64,000 nucleotides of DNA from Candidatus Calditenuaceae archaeon HR02 (GCA_002898395.1 BEHE01000003.1:55519-119518); one strand, 5' to 3'; shown: positions 50,950-61,269, counted from the stretch's first letter. Notes: a model not told the origin generated them from the letters alone. Made by a program: numbers and translations.

Positions 50950-51663
50950 TTTAGAAGCTAAGCTAGTAAGTAGTTCGTCGACGAACTGGTTTACTGCATT
51001 GACGTATTGTTCATAGCTGGGTGGCAGAGAAAATAGCCACTGGACTATAGCCTCTGCTGATGCGTTCTCGCCCGGATACCTTCCTATCCATTCGTAATAG
51101 TCGAATAGGCCGTTCACGTTGTTTATCACCCTGTCCACCGATGGTGTTAATGCTGGCTCGAAGGATGCTACAAGCCCCTTTATGTCGAGCCAGTAGTTTA
51201 TTGTGGCGTTCCTATCAGGGCCTAATGCCTCCACCCCTCTCAGCTGGTTCAGGATTGGTATTGCCTGTGATACAGTTTTCACCTGTGACTCTACGCGCTG
51301 CATCCGGGCTTCAACCTCGCTTAGCCTTCTGGACAGGTCTGAATTACTTCTTCTTAAATTCTCAAGCTCGTTTGAGAGTGTTGTTTGAAGAGCTGTCACA
51401 CGCTCCTCACTCTCTGAGAGCAGCCTCTTGCTTTCGTTCAAAAGCGCGTCCAACCTTTCTACATTGTTGAGTGCGGAGTTGAGTTCTGACTGTTTCGAGG
51501 CCAGTTCTGCCTCCAGCTGTCTGACCCTCTCTCTTTCACTTGCTAACAGTTTCTCCGATTCGAGAGCTGTAGAATATGAGCCATAGCTCATGCCGGCCAC
51601 AAAGCTTGAAATAGCTACAGCAACCACAACGACGGCTATAACAAGCGTCCTATACGCCTGCAT
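50920..51663 (-). CDS. Membrane-anchored coiled-coil protein
   Basis: N-terminal TM helix followed by a long heptad region. Confidence 0.7.
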   Translation of the reverse strand: MQAYRTLVIAVVVVAVAISSFVAGMSYGSYSTALESEKLLASERERVRQLEAELASKQSELNSALNNVERLDALLNESKRLLSESEERVTALQTTLSNELENLRRSNSDLSRRLSEVEARMQRVESQVKTVSQAIPILNQLRGVEALGPDRNATINYWLDIKGLVASFEPALTPSVDRVINNVNGLFDYYEWIGRYPGENASAEAIVQWLFSLPPSYEQYVNAVNQFVDELLTSLASKLSALRDSIS

Positions 51664-51724
51664 GCCAGATAGACCGCGCTGCCAGCTAATAAGTGATTTC
51701 CAGCTTCTCGGCTATTTTGAATGG

Positions 51725-52696
51725 TTACCCCGTGCCCCTCTCCTGCATCCTTAATTCAAGTGTCTTCAGGTCGAGTCCAGCCATCGCCTTTGTCTCATCA
51801 ACCATCTTCTGGGCCTCCGCAACAATGTCCGGCTTATCCCAGTAAGTGGTTGCCAAGACTATGGCCTCAGCCCGCGCCCTCGGGTCTGACGACTTGAATA
51901 TTCCCGAGCCGACGAACACGCCATCGCATCCCAGGCTCATCATTAGGGCGGCGTCGGCTGGTGTGGCTATTCCTCCTGCGGCGAAGTTCACGACTGGAAG
52001 CCTCCTAAGCCTCGCAGTCTCGAGGACCAGCTCGTATGAGACTCGGAGCTCGCGGGCAGCCTTTATAAGCTCCTGCTCATCACCATCCTCATACAGGGCT
52101 GCGATCCTTCTAAGCTCGTTGTTCAGAATCCTGACGTGCTTCACGGCCTCTGCCACGTTTCCAGTTCCAGGCTCACCCTTCGTCCTAATCATCGACGCTC
52201 CCTCCTCTATCCTGCGCAGGGCCTCCCCCAGGTCGCGGGCACCGCAGACGAATGGTGTAGTGAAGTCCCATTTCCATATGTGCCTCTCCTCGTCGGCCGG
52301 CGTTAAAACCTCAGACTCATCGATCATGTCTACTCCCGCCTCCTCGAGGACCCTAGCCTCCCAAGTATGTCCGATTCTACACTTAGCCATGACCGGGATA
52401 GTGACGTGGTCTAACACTTCCTCGATCACTCTGAGGCTTGCAGTCCTCGCGACCCCTCCCGCCTTCCTTACGTCGTAGGGCAGCTTATCCAGTACCATAA
52501 CCCCGACCGCGCCAGCATCCTCCGCTATTTGGGCCTGCTCAACGTTTGTTACGTCCATAACGACGCCGTGTTTAAGCATGTGGGCGAATCCTCTCTTCAC
52601 AAGCGTGGAGCCCCTCTTGACGGATAATCCCTCATACACTTCAATCCGGAGCCCTGGGGATTCCCTCTGGCTGAGGGTGAGAGATATCAAGTCCAT
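51725..52696 (-). CDS. pdxS: Pyridoxal 5'-phosphate synthase lyase subunit
   Basis: [36 protein letters not shown]. Confidence 0.97.
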   Translation of the reverse strand: MDLISLTLSQRESPGLRIEVYEGLSVKRGSTLVKRGFAHMLKHGVVMDVTNVEQAQIAEDAGAVGVMVLDKLPYDVRKAGGVARTASLRVIEEVLDHVTIPVMAKCRIGHTWEARVLEEAGVDMIDESEVLTPADEERHIWKWDFTTPFVCGARDLGEALRRIEEGASMIRTKGEPGTGNVAEAVKHVRILNNELRRIAALYEDGDEQELIKAARELRVSYELVLETARLRRLPVVNFAAGGIATPADAALMMSLGCDGVFVGSGIFKSSDPRARAEAIVLATTYWDKPDIVAEAQKMVDETKAMAGLDLKTLELRMQERGTG

Positions 52697-52735
52697 CCAT
52701 AGTGCCGCTCACACGATATATAAACCAATCGCGCA

Positions 52736-52900
52736 ATGAGGGGTGTTGGAGATAGATATTTCATCGAAGAGTCTCTTAAAGTCGCGCGTGTCCCAAGGGA
52801 TCACTTGGTCCCTATCAAGCGTGTGCTTATGAGCGAGCTGGTGGAAGAGCAGCTATTCGACAGGCTCGTAGAATTTGAATTACTAAGGTCGCGAGTCTGA
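52736..52900 (+). CDS. Small hypothetical protein (54 aa)
   Basis: MRGVGDRYFIEESLKV...FELLRSRV*; TATATAAA upstream, though it may serve pdxS. Confidence 0.35.
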   Translation: MRGVGDRYFIEESLKVARVPRDHLVPIKRVLMSELVEEQLFDRLVEFELLRSRV

Positions 52901-53037
52901 GATACTACCCAGCTGCTGGAAGCGGTGCATACAATAGGGGGTTTAAATACTCCTCAAAATCTCAACAATACATAAACACAGAGCAGATTAGATGCCCTAG
53001 ATGCAACACAAAACAAAGAAACAAGCCAAGAAGATAA
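52897..53037 (+). pseudogene. Degenerate small Zn-ribbon protein
   Basis: GAYNRGFKYSSKSQQYINTEQIRCPRCNTKQRNKPRR; first CxxC appears as SxxS; only a CTG start is available. Confidence 0.4.
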
Positions 53038-53070
53038 TGGGTGTGGGATGGATGGTGGGGTGTGGAGTAG

Positions 53071-53217
53071 ATGCTTGTTAGGGTGGCACTCATCCAGATG
53101 AGGATGTCTGACGACATTGGAAAAAAGGCTGCCAAGGCCGGAGCAAATATTGCCTGTCTACCAGAGCTATTCACCACAACTTATTTTCCGAGGGGTATGC
53201 GGGGTTGGGGTGGATGA
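53071..53217 (+). pseudogene. N-terminal fragment of a carbon-nitrogen hydrolase (nitrilase family)
   Basis: MLVRVALIQM...AAKAGANIACLPELFTTTYFP; truncated after the catalytic Glu motif. Confidence 0.75.
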
Positions 53218-54881
53218 GTTTAGGGCGGGTTAGGATATTAGCTCTGGTTTTCCTGGCTGGGGCTGCAGTCATGGTTATAGAGCTGGCCGGGAGCAGGCTT
53301 CTCACTCCTGTCTTCGGAAGCTCAGTATTCGTGTGGGGCAGCATTATTGGAGTTGTGTTATCCTCTCTTGCCGCTGGCTACTATTTGGGTGGGAGGATTT
53401 CTGACCTTAGGCCCGACCCGCGCCTCCTAGACACAATCGTTTTCACTGGAGGTGTTCTCGTAATCTCTATCCCCTTCCTCTCGCCCGTAAGTATCGAAGC
53501 GGTGGTATCAGCTGGGTTGGAGGAGCGGTGGGGGGCTCTGCTCGCGAGTCTGGCACTCTTAGCACCATCCAACCTGTTACTGGGTATGGTGTCACCATTC
53601 GCGGTCAAGCTAGCTACCAGCGAGCTAGGGGAGCTTGGAAGCAGCGCAGGATACTTATATGCAGTCTCGACGCTGGGAAGCATATTCGGAACTTTTGGAA
53701 CAGTTTTCATTCTGATTCCCGCCCTAGACGTCCGCACGATTTTTCTCGGAGTTGGTTTAGCGTTGATGGCAGTCTCAATGGTGAGGCTTGGAACCTCATC
53801 GAAGGCTACTTTCGCGGTCATTCTTCTATTCCTCCTCTCTCCGCTCGGTCTTGTGGGCGGGCAGGTGGTCGCTGCCTCTGGCCAAGTGGTCGAGTCGAGG
53901 GAAACCCCATACAACAGCCTCGTGGTTGCTAGGAGCGATGACCTCCAAGTCCTATACCTCAATGGCCTCCCACACAGCGGCATGAGTCTCAAAAACCCGC
54001 ATGAACTAGTCTTCACATACACTAAGTTCTTCGAGTCGGCCTTAGCACTAAACAGCGGTGCAGATGACGTGCTCTTCATAGGTGGGGGAGGGTTCTCAGG
54101 CCCCAAATACTTTCTCAGAAAATACACCAACATCACTGTCGAAGTGGTGGAGATAGACCCAGTGGTGGTCGAGGTAGCCAAAAAATATTTCCATGTACCC
54201 GACGATGAGCGTCTCATCATTCACATAGACGATGGCAGGGTTTTTCTGCAGCGTGTCGGTAAGAAGTTTGACGCCATCATCATAGACGCATACGCGAAGA
54301 CCTACATTCCATACCACTTACTGACCCTCGAGTTCTTCAGGCTGGTGAGGGATAAGTTGGAGAGTGGCGGCGTGGTGGTTAGCAACATAATTGCCTCAGT
54401 TACTGGCGACACTTCCGAGATACTCTGGTCTACATACAAGACTATGAGCCTGGTCTTTCCCAAGATTTATGTGGTGAAAGCATCCGATCAGGGAGCACCT
54501 CTTGTCCAGAACATAATACTCGTAGCCTGCGTGGAGGAGGACTGCGACCTTATAGGCTCACTCTCAAGGTGGGGGAGCCGGGAGGTCGAGTACCTTGTAG
54601 CTAGGGGTCTGTGGAGTAGGGTGCCAGACCTAAGCGAATACAAGGTACTGACAGACAACTACTCGCCTGTCGAGTCACTGATAAACCCCGTCACTGGGAA
54701 GCCCTACTCAGTAGAGCTAGAGTCAGGCGAGTTCAGCGTCCCCGCCATCTTAATGGGTGGAAGCAACTCCCTAGCCCTGGCCGTAGTCACGCTAGCCGCA
54801 ACCTATTGGCTGGCTGTGTTAATCTCGGACGTGACCCCCAGGCGTGGAGTTGGGCAGAGAGAATATACCGTTGGGGGATGA
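53214..54881 (+). CDS. Fused membrane domain/spermidine synthase-like protein
   Basis: N-terminal TM bundle (FGSSVFVWG), FIGGGG, VEIDP, IIIDAY, LTDNYSP. Confidence 0.9.
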   Translation: MSLGRVRILALVFLAGAAVMVIELAGSRLLTPVFGSSVFVWGSIIGVVLSSLAAGYYLGGRISDLRPDPRLLDTIVFTGGVLVISIPFLSPVSIEAVVSAGLEERWGALLASLALLAPSNLLLGMVSPFAVKLATSELGELGSSAGYLYAVSTLGSIFGTFGTVFILIPALDVRTIFLGVGLALMAVSMVRLGTSSKATFAVILLFLLSPLGLVGGQVVAASGQVVESRETPYNSLVVARSDDLQVLYLNGLPHSGMSLKNPHELVFTYTKFFESALALNSGADDVLFIGGGGFSGPKYFLRKYTNITVEVVEIDPVVVEVAKKYFHVPDDERLIIHIDDGRVFLQRVGKKFDAIIIDAYAKTYIPYHLLTLEFFRLVRDKLESGGVVVSNIIASVTGDTSEILWSTYKTMSLVFPKIYVVKASDQGAPLVQNIILVACVEEDCDLIGSLSRWGSREVEYLVARGLWSRVPDLSEYKVLTDNYSPVESLINPVTGKPYSVELESGEFSVPAILMGGSNSLALAVVTLAATYWLAVLISDVTPRRGVGQREYTVGG

Positions 54882-55813
54882 GCAGGATGGACGGCTCGGA
54901 GGGGGTGGTCTCGGAGCCAGGCCCTGAGGGGCTGGACCGGCTGAGGCAGGCAGGGTCCATTGCCACCTCTGTCCTTAGAGAGGCAGTTCTAAGAGTTAGG
55001 CCGGGAGTAGCGTCTTTACAGATATGCGAATGGGTTGAGGCTAGGATCAGGGAGCTTGGGGCTAGGCCCGCTTTCCCCTGCAATATCGGGATAGACTCCG
55101 TCGCCGCGCACTATACACCAACCATTGGAGACGACACCGTAATTCCGTTAGGCTCGCTGGTGAAACTTGACATAGGGGTGGAGCTTGATGGATACATTGT
55201 CGACACAGCCGTATCCGTAGACCTCAGGAGCCCGCACGGCTATTTGGTGGATGTTGCGCGGGAGGCTCTGAGGAATGCGCTCAGTATTTTGAGGCATGGC
55301 GTCAAGGTAGGGGAGATTGGGAGCATAGTCTACGAGACTGCCACAAGGTACCGGTGTAGACCGATCGCAAATCTCTCGGGGCATGAGATTAAAAGGTTCA
55401 ACCTTCATGCTGGGGTCTCAATACCAAATATCCCGGTTGGCGAGTCACAAAGACTTGAGGCCGGACACATATATGCTATCGAGCCCTTCATAACCTTGCA
55501 GGAGGCACCAGGCCTAGTCATAAACACTAAGACAGTGAATATTTTCTCGCTCAGGGAGACCTCCAGTAGAGCTAAAGGCCTTAGCCAAGAGGAACAGGAG
55601 GCGCTGAGAGAAATTAACGCAATCTCGCGGGGGCTTCCCTACACTGTTAGGTGGCTGAGCGAGCGGGTGGCCTCGATTCACTCACGCCTCTACAAACGTG
55701 GACTGGTCTTCGGCTACCCTGTGCTAGTTGAGAAGAGCGGGGCGCCGGTTTCACAGGCGGAGCATACCGTCGTAATCTATGAGGATGGATGTGAGGTATT
55801 GACCGCGGGTTAG
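54878..55813 (+). CDS. map: Methionine aminopeptidase type II
   Basis: AFPCN, AAHYTP, KLDIG..LDGYIVDTA, GH, IEPF, QAEHT. Confidence 0.95.
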   Translation: MSRMDGSEGVVSEPGPEGLDRLRQAGSIATSVLREAVLRVRPGVASLQICEWVEARIRELGARPAFPCNIGIDSVAAHYTPTIGDDTVIPLGSLVKLDIGVELDGYIVDTAVSVDLRSPHGYLVDVAREALRNALSILRHGVKVGEIGSIVYETATRYRCRPIANLSGHEIKRFNLHAGVSIPNIPVGESQRLEAGHIYAIEPFITLQEAPGLVINTKTVNIFSLRETSSRAKGLSQEEQEALREINAISRGLPYTVRWLSERVASIHSRLYKRGLVFGYPVLVEKSGAPVSQAEHTVVIYEDGCEVLTAG

Positions 55814-57057
55814 GCCCTCTGAACTTGTACTAGTTGGCTGTAAACTTCTAAAGTCTTCTCAGCCGCTCGACGCCATGTAAACTCTTCAAGTACCCGCCTC
55901 CTACCGTTGCGTCCCATCCTCCTTGCGCGGTCGCGGTCCCTAAGAACCTCTTTCACCCCCCAAGCAATGTCGAGCGGGTTTGAACCATCTACATGCATCC
56001 CGCACTGATTCTCCCCTGATGGAATAACCTGTTCCCTGAACCCTACAACCCCCCTTGCACCGACAACGACGGGCTTCTCCATGGCCATAGCCTCGAGACT
56101 CACTATCCCGAAAGGCTCGTAGACTGAGGGGAAGACGCAGACATCTGAGGCGGCATAGTGTAGAATCCTCTCCCGCTCCGATACAAACTCTGTCCTTAGG
56201 ATAACACGGTCCCTCAGCCCGAGGCCTCTAATGAGATTATGTAGTGCATTCTCCATCTCTCCCTTACCTAGGATGACGAGCTTCGTCTTGGGAAACTCGC
56301 TCAAAATATGTGGCATGGCTTGAACAAGCTCTTCAACACCCTTGACATGCACCAAGCGTCCAACAAAGAGTATCATATTTTCATCGGCGCCGATCCCATA
56401 CCGCTGCCTGAGATTCTCCCTGTCTTGCTGGTTTATGGATGAAGGGTCATAGACATCGGGGTCTACGCCGTTCCACACCACGCGTATTTTATCTGTAGGC
56501 CAACTATGTATCTGCAGGTCTTCCTTCATCGCGTTGCTAACCGTTATTATTATTGATGCGTATTCTGCACCGAGCCTCTCAATCTCGGAGACCGTCTTAG
56601 AACCTCTACCCATGGTCCTCCCCCATTCCGTGGAGTGGACGTGATAGACTGTCGGAACCCCGCCTAGGCTGGATAAAGAAATGCCCGAAAGGGCGCAAAG
56701 CCAATCATTAAAAGCAACAACATCGAACCTGCCACCCAAAACCTTCGAAACAATCCTAGAAGCAACAGCAGCGTTAAATGTAACAACGTTGCTGATGAAC
56801 CTGAGTCCTTCACCCCACCCCCTTACCTCATCATTCACTACATGCCTCAACCCTGCCGAGAGGTCGGGCAGATCTATCCAGTTCACCTCCACCTTCTCCA
56901 CCCCTACTACTGGGGGGTGAAAGCCATGCGGGAGAGGGGCATAAACCTCCACCTCGTGCCCTAGCCTAGACATCCACACGGTGATGTAGTAGGAGTATGT
57001 GCCAAGACCCCCTACAATGAATGGGGGATACTCCCAAGTAATGAACGCGACCCTCAT
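55810..57057 (-). CDS. GT4 glycosyltransferase
   Basis: WEYPPFIVGGLG, VGRLVHVKG, EPFGIVSLEAM. Confidence 0.93.
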   Translation of the reverse strand: MRVAFITWEYPPFIVGGLGTYSYYITVWMSRLGHEVEVYAPLPHGFHPPVVGVEKVEVNWIDLPDLSAGLRHVVNDEVRGWGEGLRFISNVVTFNAAVASRIVSKVLGGRFDVVAFNDWLCALSGISLSSLGGVPTVYHVHSTEWGRTMGRGSKTVSEIERLGAEYASIIITVSNAMKEDLQIHSWPTDKIRVVWNGVDPDVYDPSSINQQDRENLRQRYGIGADENMILFVGRLVHVKGVEELVQAMPHILSEFPKTKLVILGKGEMENALHNLIRGLGLRDRVILRTEFVSERERILHYAASDVCVFPSVYEPFGIVSLEAMAMEKPVVVGARGVVGFREQVIPSGENQCGMHVDGSNPLDIAWGVKEVLRDRDRARRMGRNGRRRVLEEFTWRRAAEKTLEVYSQLVQVQRA

Positions 57058-57175
57058 CCAAGCACTTATCCCCTCTTTACTGTTTAAAGTAGGTATCATA
57101 CTTAGAGGGGTGTGGGAGCCCTGATAATACCGTGCATATGCTTAAGTATTATCATGGCGACAGTCGGAGGGCGGA

Positions 57176-57427
57176 ATGGTCACCGAGAAGGACGAGTCGA
57201 CCCTCCTCCTAACATTCCTACACAACATGGGCTACGTTGATGAGGAGAGAGCAGTGGAGGTTGGAGAGCTATCCGCGGCGCTAGATCTCGATACTGAGCG
57301 GGTGGAGGAGATTCTGAGGAGGCTTGAATCCGACGGCTACGTCGCGAGAACTAGGCAACGAGGGGGGATGGTTAGCTTTTATCTCACTGGGAAAGGAGTG
57401 ATAAGGGTCTGCTCAATATACACATAG
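57176..57427 (+). CDS. Small winged-helix protein
   Basis: LRRLESDGYV...FYLTGKG. Confidence 0.8.
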   Translation: MVTEKDESTLLLTFLHNMGYVDEERAVEVGELSAALDLDTERVEEILRRLESDGYVARTRQRGGMVSFYLTGKGVIRVCSIYT

Positions 57428-57436
57428 GGTCGCAGA

Positions 57437-58048
57437 ATGAGGGTTGTTTTTCTATCCTGGGAATTTCTTCCGCGCATCGTGGGCGAGCTGGCATGGCTGG
57501 TCCAGTCCCAGATAGAGAGGCTAAGAAAGAGGGGTTTAAAAATCGAGTTAGTGACAATTAGTGACTCCGGATATTATGTCGAGGAATCCGCACCCAATTT
57601 TAGGATAACGAGGATAACCAGCCCTGTCTCACCCCACTCCACAATCATAACGTGGATAGTGAGTATAAATGTCGAGGCTGCCAGAGTTGTTGCCGACATC
57701 TATCATTCAGAACCTGACAGAATTATACTTCATACCCACGACTGGCACTTCGCCCCCGCCTCCTCAGCCCTGAAAAAAGCCCTCAAAATCCCGTGGATAG
57801 CCTCCCTATACAGCCTCGAGCAACACAGGTCATTAAACCCCAACTCGCCGCTCAGCTCCTGCATAAGGACAATAGAGTGGCACATGGTTCGCGAGTGTGA
57901 CTTCCTACTGGTCAGGGATGAGTGGATGCTGAGGGAGGTCAGGAGCGCTCTATCCTTAGACAGGGAGGTGGTCGCAGTATCTAACCCATCCGCCGCTGGC
58001 TGGGAGGACAGGGTCTTGCAGCTCTACAACACGCTGGTGAGTCTCTAA
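57437..58048 (+). CDS. GT4 N-terminal-domain-only protein
   Basis: SWEFLPRIVG, HTHDW; lacks the GRL..KG and EPFG domain. Confidence 0.8.
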   Translation: MRVVFLSWEFLPRIVGELAWLVQSQIERLRKRGLKIELVTISDSGYYVEESAPNFRITRITSPVSPHSTIITWIVSINVEAARVVADIYHSEPDRIILHTHDWHFAPASSALKKALKIPWIASLYSLEQHRSLNPNSPLSSCIRTIEWHMVRECDFLLVRDEWMLREVRSALSLDREVVAVSNPSAAGWEDRVLQLYNTLVSL

Positions 58049-59254
58049 TTGAGCCTGAGCGTTTTAATGCTTAGCTGGGAGTTTCCTCCCAGGATAGTTG
58101 GGGGGCTGGCCGCCCACGTCCACGACCTCTCAGTCGAGCTAAGTAGGAAGGGAGTCGAAGTGCATGTCCTCACCCTTGAATTCCCAGGTGCAGCAGAGCG
58201 GGAGAGAGTGGATGGGGTAAAAGTCTACCGCGTAGACTCCTACAAGTATCCGGCACCAGACTTCGCCTCATGGATTGCCATGATGAACGTGAACCTACTG
58301 GACTATGCCTGTGGGCTGCTTAGAGGTGTGTTGCAGAAACCCTCCATAATCCACGTACATGACTGGCTTGTAGCATATGCTGGAATTGCTCTCAAACACC
58401 TCTTCAGAATGCCGCTAGTGGCGACTATTCACTCTACGGAGTACGGCAGACGTGGAGGTATACACGACGACTATCAGAGAATGATTGCTTCGACTGAAGC
58501 TTATCTCTCGAGAGAGGCTTGGAGGGTGATTTGTTGTAGCAGGTACATGGCAGAGGAGGTTAACAGAGTATTGGGCACGCCGCTGGACAAGATTGACATA
58601 ATACCGAACGGCGTTTATATTGAGAACTTCCAGCCTAGAGGTAACCGCGCCGAGCTGCGGTCGAGGTTCGCACTACCGCACGAGAAGCTTGTCCTCTACG
58701 TGGGCAGGCTAGTACATGAGAAGGGCGTCCACCTGCTGGTAGAGGCGATTCCCTACATCCTCCAGAGCGTAGACGCAAAATTTGTCATAGTGGGTGAAGG
58801 ATATCTCAAAGAGTGGATTAAGAGGCGGGTGGGAGAGCTTGGTGTCTCACAGAAAGTATATATCACCGGCTTCCTAGATATCAATACTCTCAGAAACCTG
58901 TACACGGTAGCAGACGTCTTGGTTATGCCCTCGCTCTACGAGCCCTTCGGTATAGTAGCCCTTGAAGCTGCAGCCTCGCGACTCCCTATAGTCTCAACGT
59001 GCGTAGGCGGGATAGGCGAGATCGTGAGCCACATGGAGAGCTGTGTAAGCGTGTATCCCAGCCCAGACTCTATTGCCTGGGGGGTAGTCCAAGTGCTCTC
59101 TAATCCAAGCCTGGCGGAGCACATCAGGAACACTGCATACGAGAGGGTAAAAAGTACATTCACGTGGGGGAGAATCGCCGAACAAACACTAGGGGTTTAT
59201 CACAGAGTATTGAGCGAATACAGTTCGATAAAGGATTGGAAGCCCAGGCTATAA
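58049..59254 (+). CDS. GT4 glycosyltransferase
   Basis: SWEFPPRIVGGLA, HVHDW, VGRLVHEKG, EPFGIVALEA. Confidence 0.93.
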   Translation: MSLSVLMLSWEFPPRIVGGLAAHVHDLSVELSRKGVEVHVLTLEFPGAAERERVDGVKVYRVDSYKYPAPDFASWIAMMNVNLLDYACGLLRGVLQKPSIIHVHDWLVAYAGIALKHLFRMPLVATIHSTEYGRRGGIHDDYQRMIASTEAYLSREAWRVICCSRYMAEEVNRVLGTPLDKIDIIPNGVYIENFQPRGNRAELRSRFALPHEKLVLYVGRLVHEKGVHLLVEAIPYILQSVDAKFVIVGEGYLKEWIKRRVGELGVSQKVYITGFLDINTLRNLYTVADVLVMPSLYEPFGIVALEAAASRLPIVSTCVGGIGEIVSHMESCVSVYPSPDSIAWGVVQVLSNPSLAEHIRNTAYERVKSTFTWGRIAEQTLGVYHRVLSEYSSIKDWKPRL

Positions 59255-59342
59255 CCTCCCCAGCCCGGCCTAGCGATAACTTCTAACACACTACCTAAAC
59301 TCCTCAGCGAAGTTTATATTCAATGGGGAGAATAGAATATGT

Positions 59343-59711
59343 GTGGAGAAACATAAACCAGGTCCTCGACAGGTATCGAGAGGGCGCGGCGCAAATATAT
59401 TTGAAACCATCGAGAGGATTGATTTTGTAGAGGGGTTCGGCGAAATTATACGCTCTGCACGGGAGAAGCTGGGCCTTACCCAAGAGGAACTGGCCAGCCT
59501 AGTCCACGAGAAGGTCTCCGTAATAAAGAAGATTGAGGCCGGCTCGTTCAGACCGCCCATAGAACTGGCGCGGAACATAGAGAAGGTTCTCAAGATCCGG
59601 ATCGTAAGGGAGCTGAGGGACGAGGACATACACATCGCCCCACCCAAGACATTGAGGCGAGGTGTGACACTGGGCGACCTACTGTCCACTAAGACTGAGG
59701 AGAAGGAGTAG
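59343..59711 (+). CDS. mbf1: Multiprotein bridging factor 1 (HTH)
   Basis: IRSAREKLGLTQEELA, IKKIEAG, VTLGD; upstream of hflX. Confidence 0.85.
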   Translation: MEKHKPGPRQVSRGRGANIFETIERIDFVEGFGEIIRSAREKLGLTQEELASLVHEKVSVIKKIEAGSFRPPIELARNIEKVLKIRIVRELRDEDIHIAPPKTLRRGVTLGDLLSTKTEEKE

Positions 59712-59850
59712 CCAGCTCTATTCTGTTGGTTTAGCGTGCCCTGTTAGGTAACAGGTTAAATACTCTGATGGAAAACTCCATACCGGGGTTAGGGAAGGGT
59801 GATGTGACTCGCAGCTCGGCGAAAGAAGGGTCGCGATAGTACATAGATTT

Positions 59851-61083
59851 TTGGATGACGAGGAGCCTAACTTGGAGGAGCTGGCAGAGCTCTGCGAAAC
59901 AGCTGGGTACGAGGTCGTCTACGAGCTATCCCAGAAACGGCATCCCCACAGCCAGTACAATATCGGGCCCAGCAAAGTGAAGGAGCTTTCTGAGGCGGTA
60001 AAAAGGCTAGGCATAGAGAAGGTCATCTTCGAGAACGAGCTGAAGCCTGTGCAAGAGTACAATTTAGCCAAGGCTCTCGGCGTCGAGGTTATTGACAGGA
60101 TTCGGCTGATCTTGGAGATCTTTACCCTTCACGCCTCGAGCCTAGAAGCTAAACTCCAGATAAAGCTTGCGGAGCTGAGGTACGAGCTTCCGAGGGCTAA
60201 GGAGAAGGTTAGGCTTGCGAAGAGGGGGGAGCAGCCAGGATTCCACGGACTAGGCGCCTACGAGGCCGACATATACTACGAGGAGATCAGTAGGAGGATA
60301 CAGAAGCTACAGGAGAAGCTTGATGAGATAAAGATGAAGAAGACCATCTCCATCATGCGCAGCAGGCTTGACGGCACACCCTCGATTGCACTCGCAGGGT
60401 ACACGAACTCTGGTAAATCAACGCTCTTCAAGAGACTTACAGGCTACCCCGCCGCGATATCAAGTAAACTCTTCACAACCCTCTCGACCAAGAAACGAGT
60501 CGCAAGGATCATGGGGAAGCCTGTATATGTCTCGGATACTGTTGGTTTTATAAAGAATGTCCCAGCCATGCTCGTCTCAGCCTTTATGTCTACTTTGATG
60601 GAGGTTGTTGAGTCTGACCTAGTTTTACTACTGGTGGATGGTTCCCTTCCTCTACAAGAGGTAAAGCTACGTCTCAATGTCGCTCTCTCCACGCTGAGGC
60701 AGATAGGCGTAGTTAACAAGCCAATCGTGCTTGTGTTTAATAAGGCGGACCTCATTCCGCCTGAGAAGCAGGAGAAACTTATCGAGATGGTGGATAATGC
60801 CTATCCTGCAGTGGTCATATCTGCTAAGACAGGCGAGAATCTAGACCTCCTTGAGAAGACCATAGACTCTATGCTCTCAGGATTCGTCACATTCACTGCT
60901 AGGATTCCAATAATGGAGGCAAGCCCGCAGCTCATAACGCGGCTCCGCCAGAAGGGCCGCGTAGAGCTAATGGAGTATCGAGATGGATTTTTAGAAATCA
61001 AGGCGACAACGCCGGCTCAGCTCGCCGAGAGGGTGCGGGCCCTCACCTATAACGGTGGAAGCTTCATTCTAGGCGAGACTTAA
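59851..61083 (+). CDS. hflX: GTPase HflX (start uncertain)
   Basis: LILEIF..HA..EAKLQ..LAEL.Y, GYTNSGKS, DTVG, NKAD, SAK. Confidence 0.93.
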   Translation: MDDEEPNLEELAELCETAGYEVVYELSQKRHPHSQYNIGPSKVKELSEAVKRLGIEKVIFENELKPVQEYNLAKALGVEVIDRIRLILEIFTLHASSLEAKLQIKLAELRYELPRAKEKVRLAKRGEQPGFHGLGAYEADIYYEEISRRIQKLQEKLDEIKMKKTISIMRSRLDGTPSIALAGYTNSGKSTLFKRLTGYPAAISSKLFTTLSTKKRVARIMGKPVYVSDTVGFIKNVPAMLVSAFMSTLMEVVESDLVLLLVDGSLPLQEVKLRLNVALSTLRQIGVVNKPIVLVFNKADLIPPEKQEKLIEMVDNAYPAVVISAKTGENLDLLEKTIDSMLSGFVTFTARIPIMEASPQLITRLRQKGRVELMEYRDGFLEIKATTPAQLAERVRALTYNGGSFILGET

Positions 61084-61110
61084 TATACGTGGATAGCGCA
61101 TCTTAAGCTG

Positions 61111-61269
61111 ATGCTTAGGCGGGACGACTTAGGCCCCAGAGGTTTTCAGAGCCCTGGCATAATAATGCCCTCAGACATAGAGAGGCTTGTCCGAGAGGTA
61201 ATGCTACTCAAGGAGGAAGTAAGAAAGATAAGAAAGGCCCTTGAGGAGCATGGCATCAAAGTAGAGTAG
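61111..61269 (+). CDS. Small coiled-coil protein (52 aa)
   Basis: MLRRDDLGPRG...LVREVMLLKEEVRKIRKALEEHGIKVE*. Confidence 0.55.
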   Translation: MLRRDDLGPRGFQSPGIIMPSDIERLVREVMLLKEEVRKIRKALEEHGIKVE

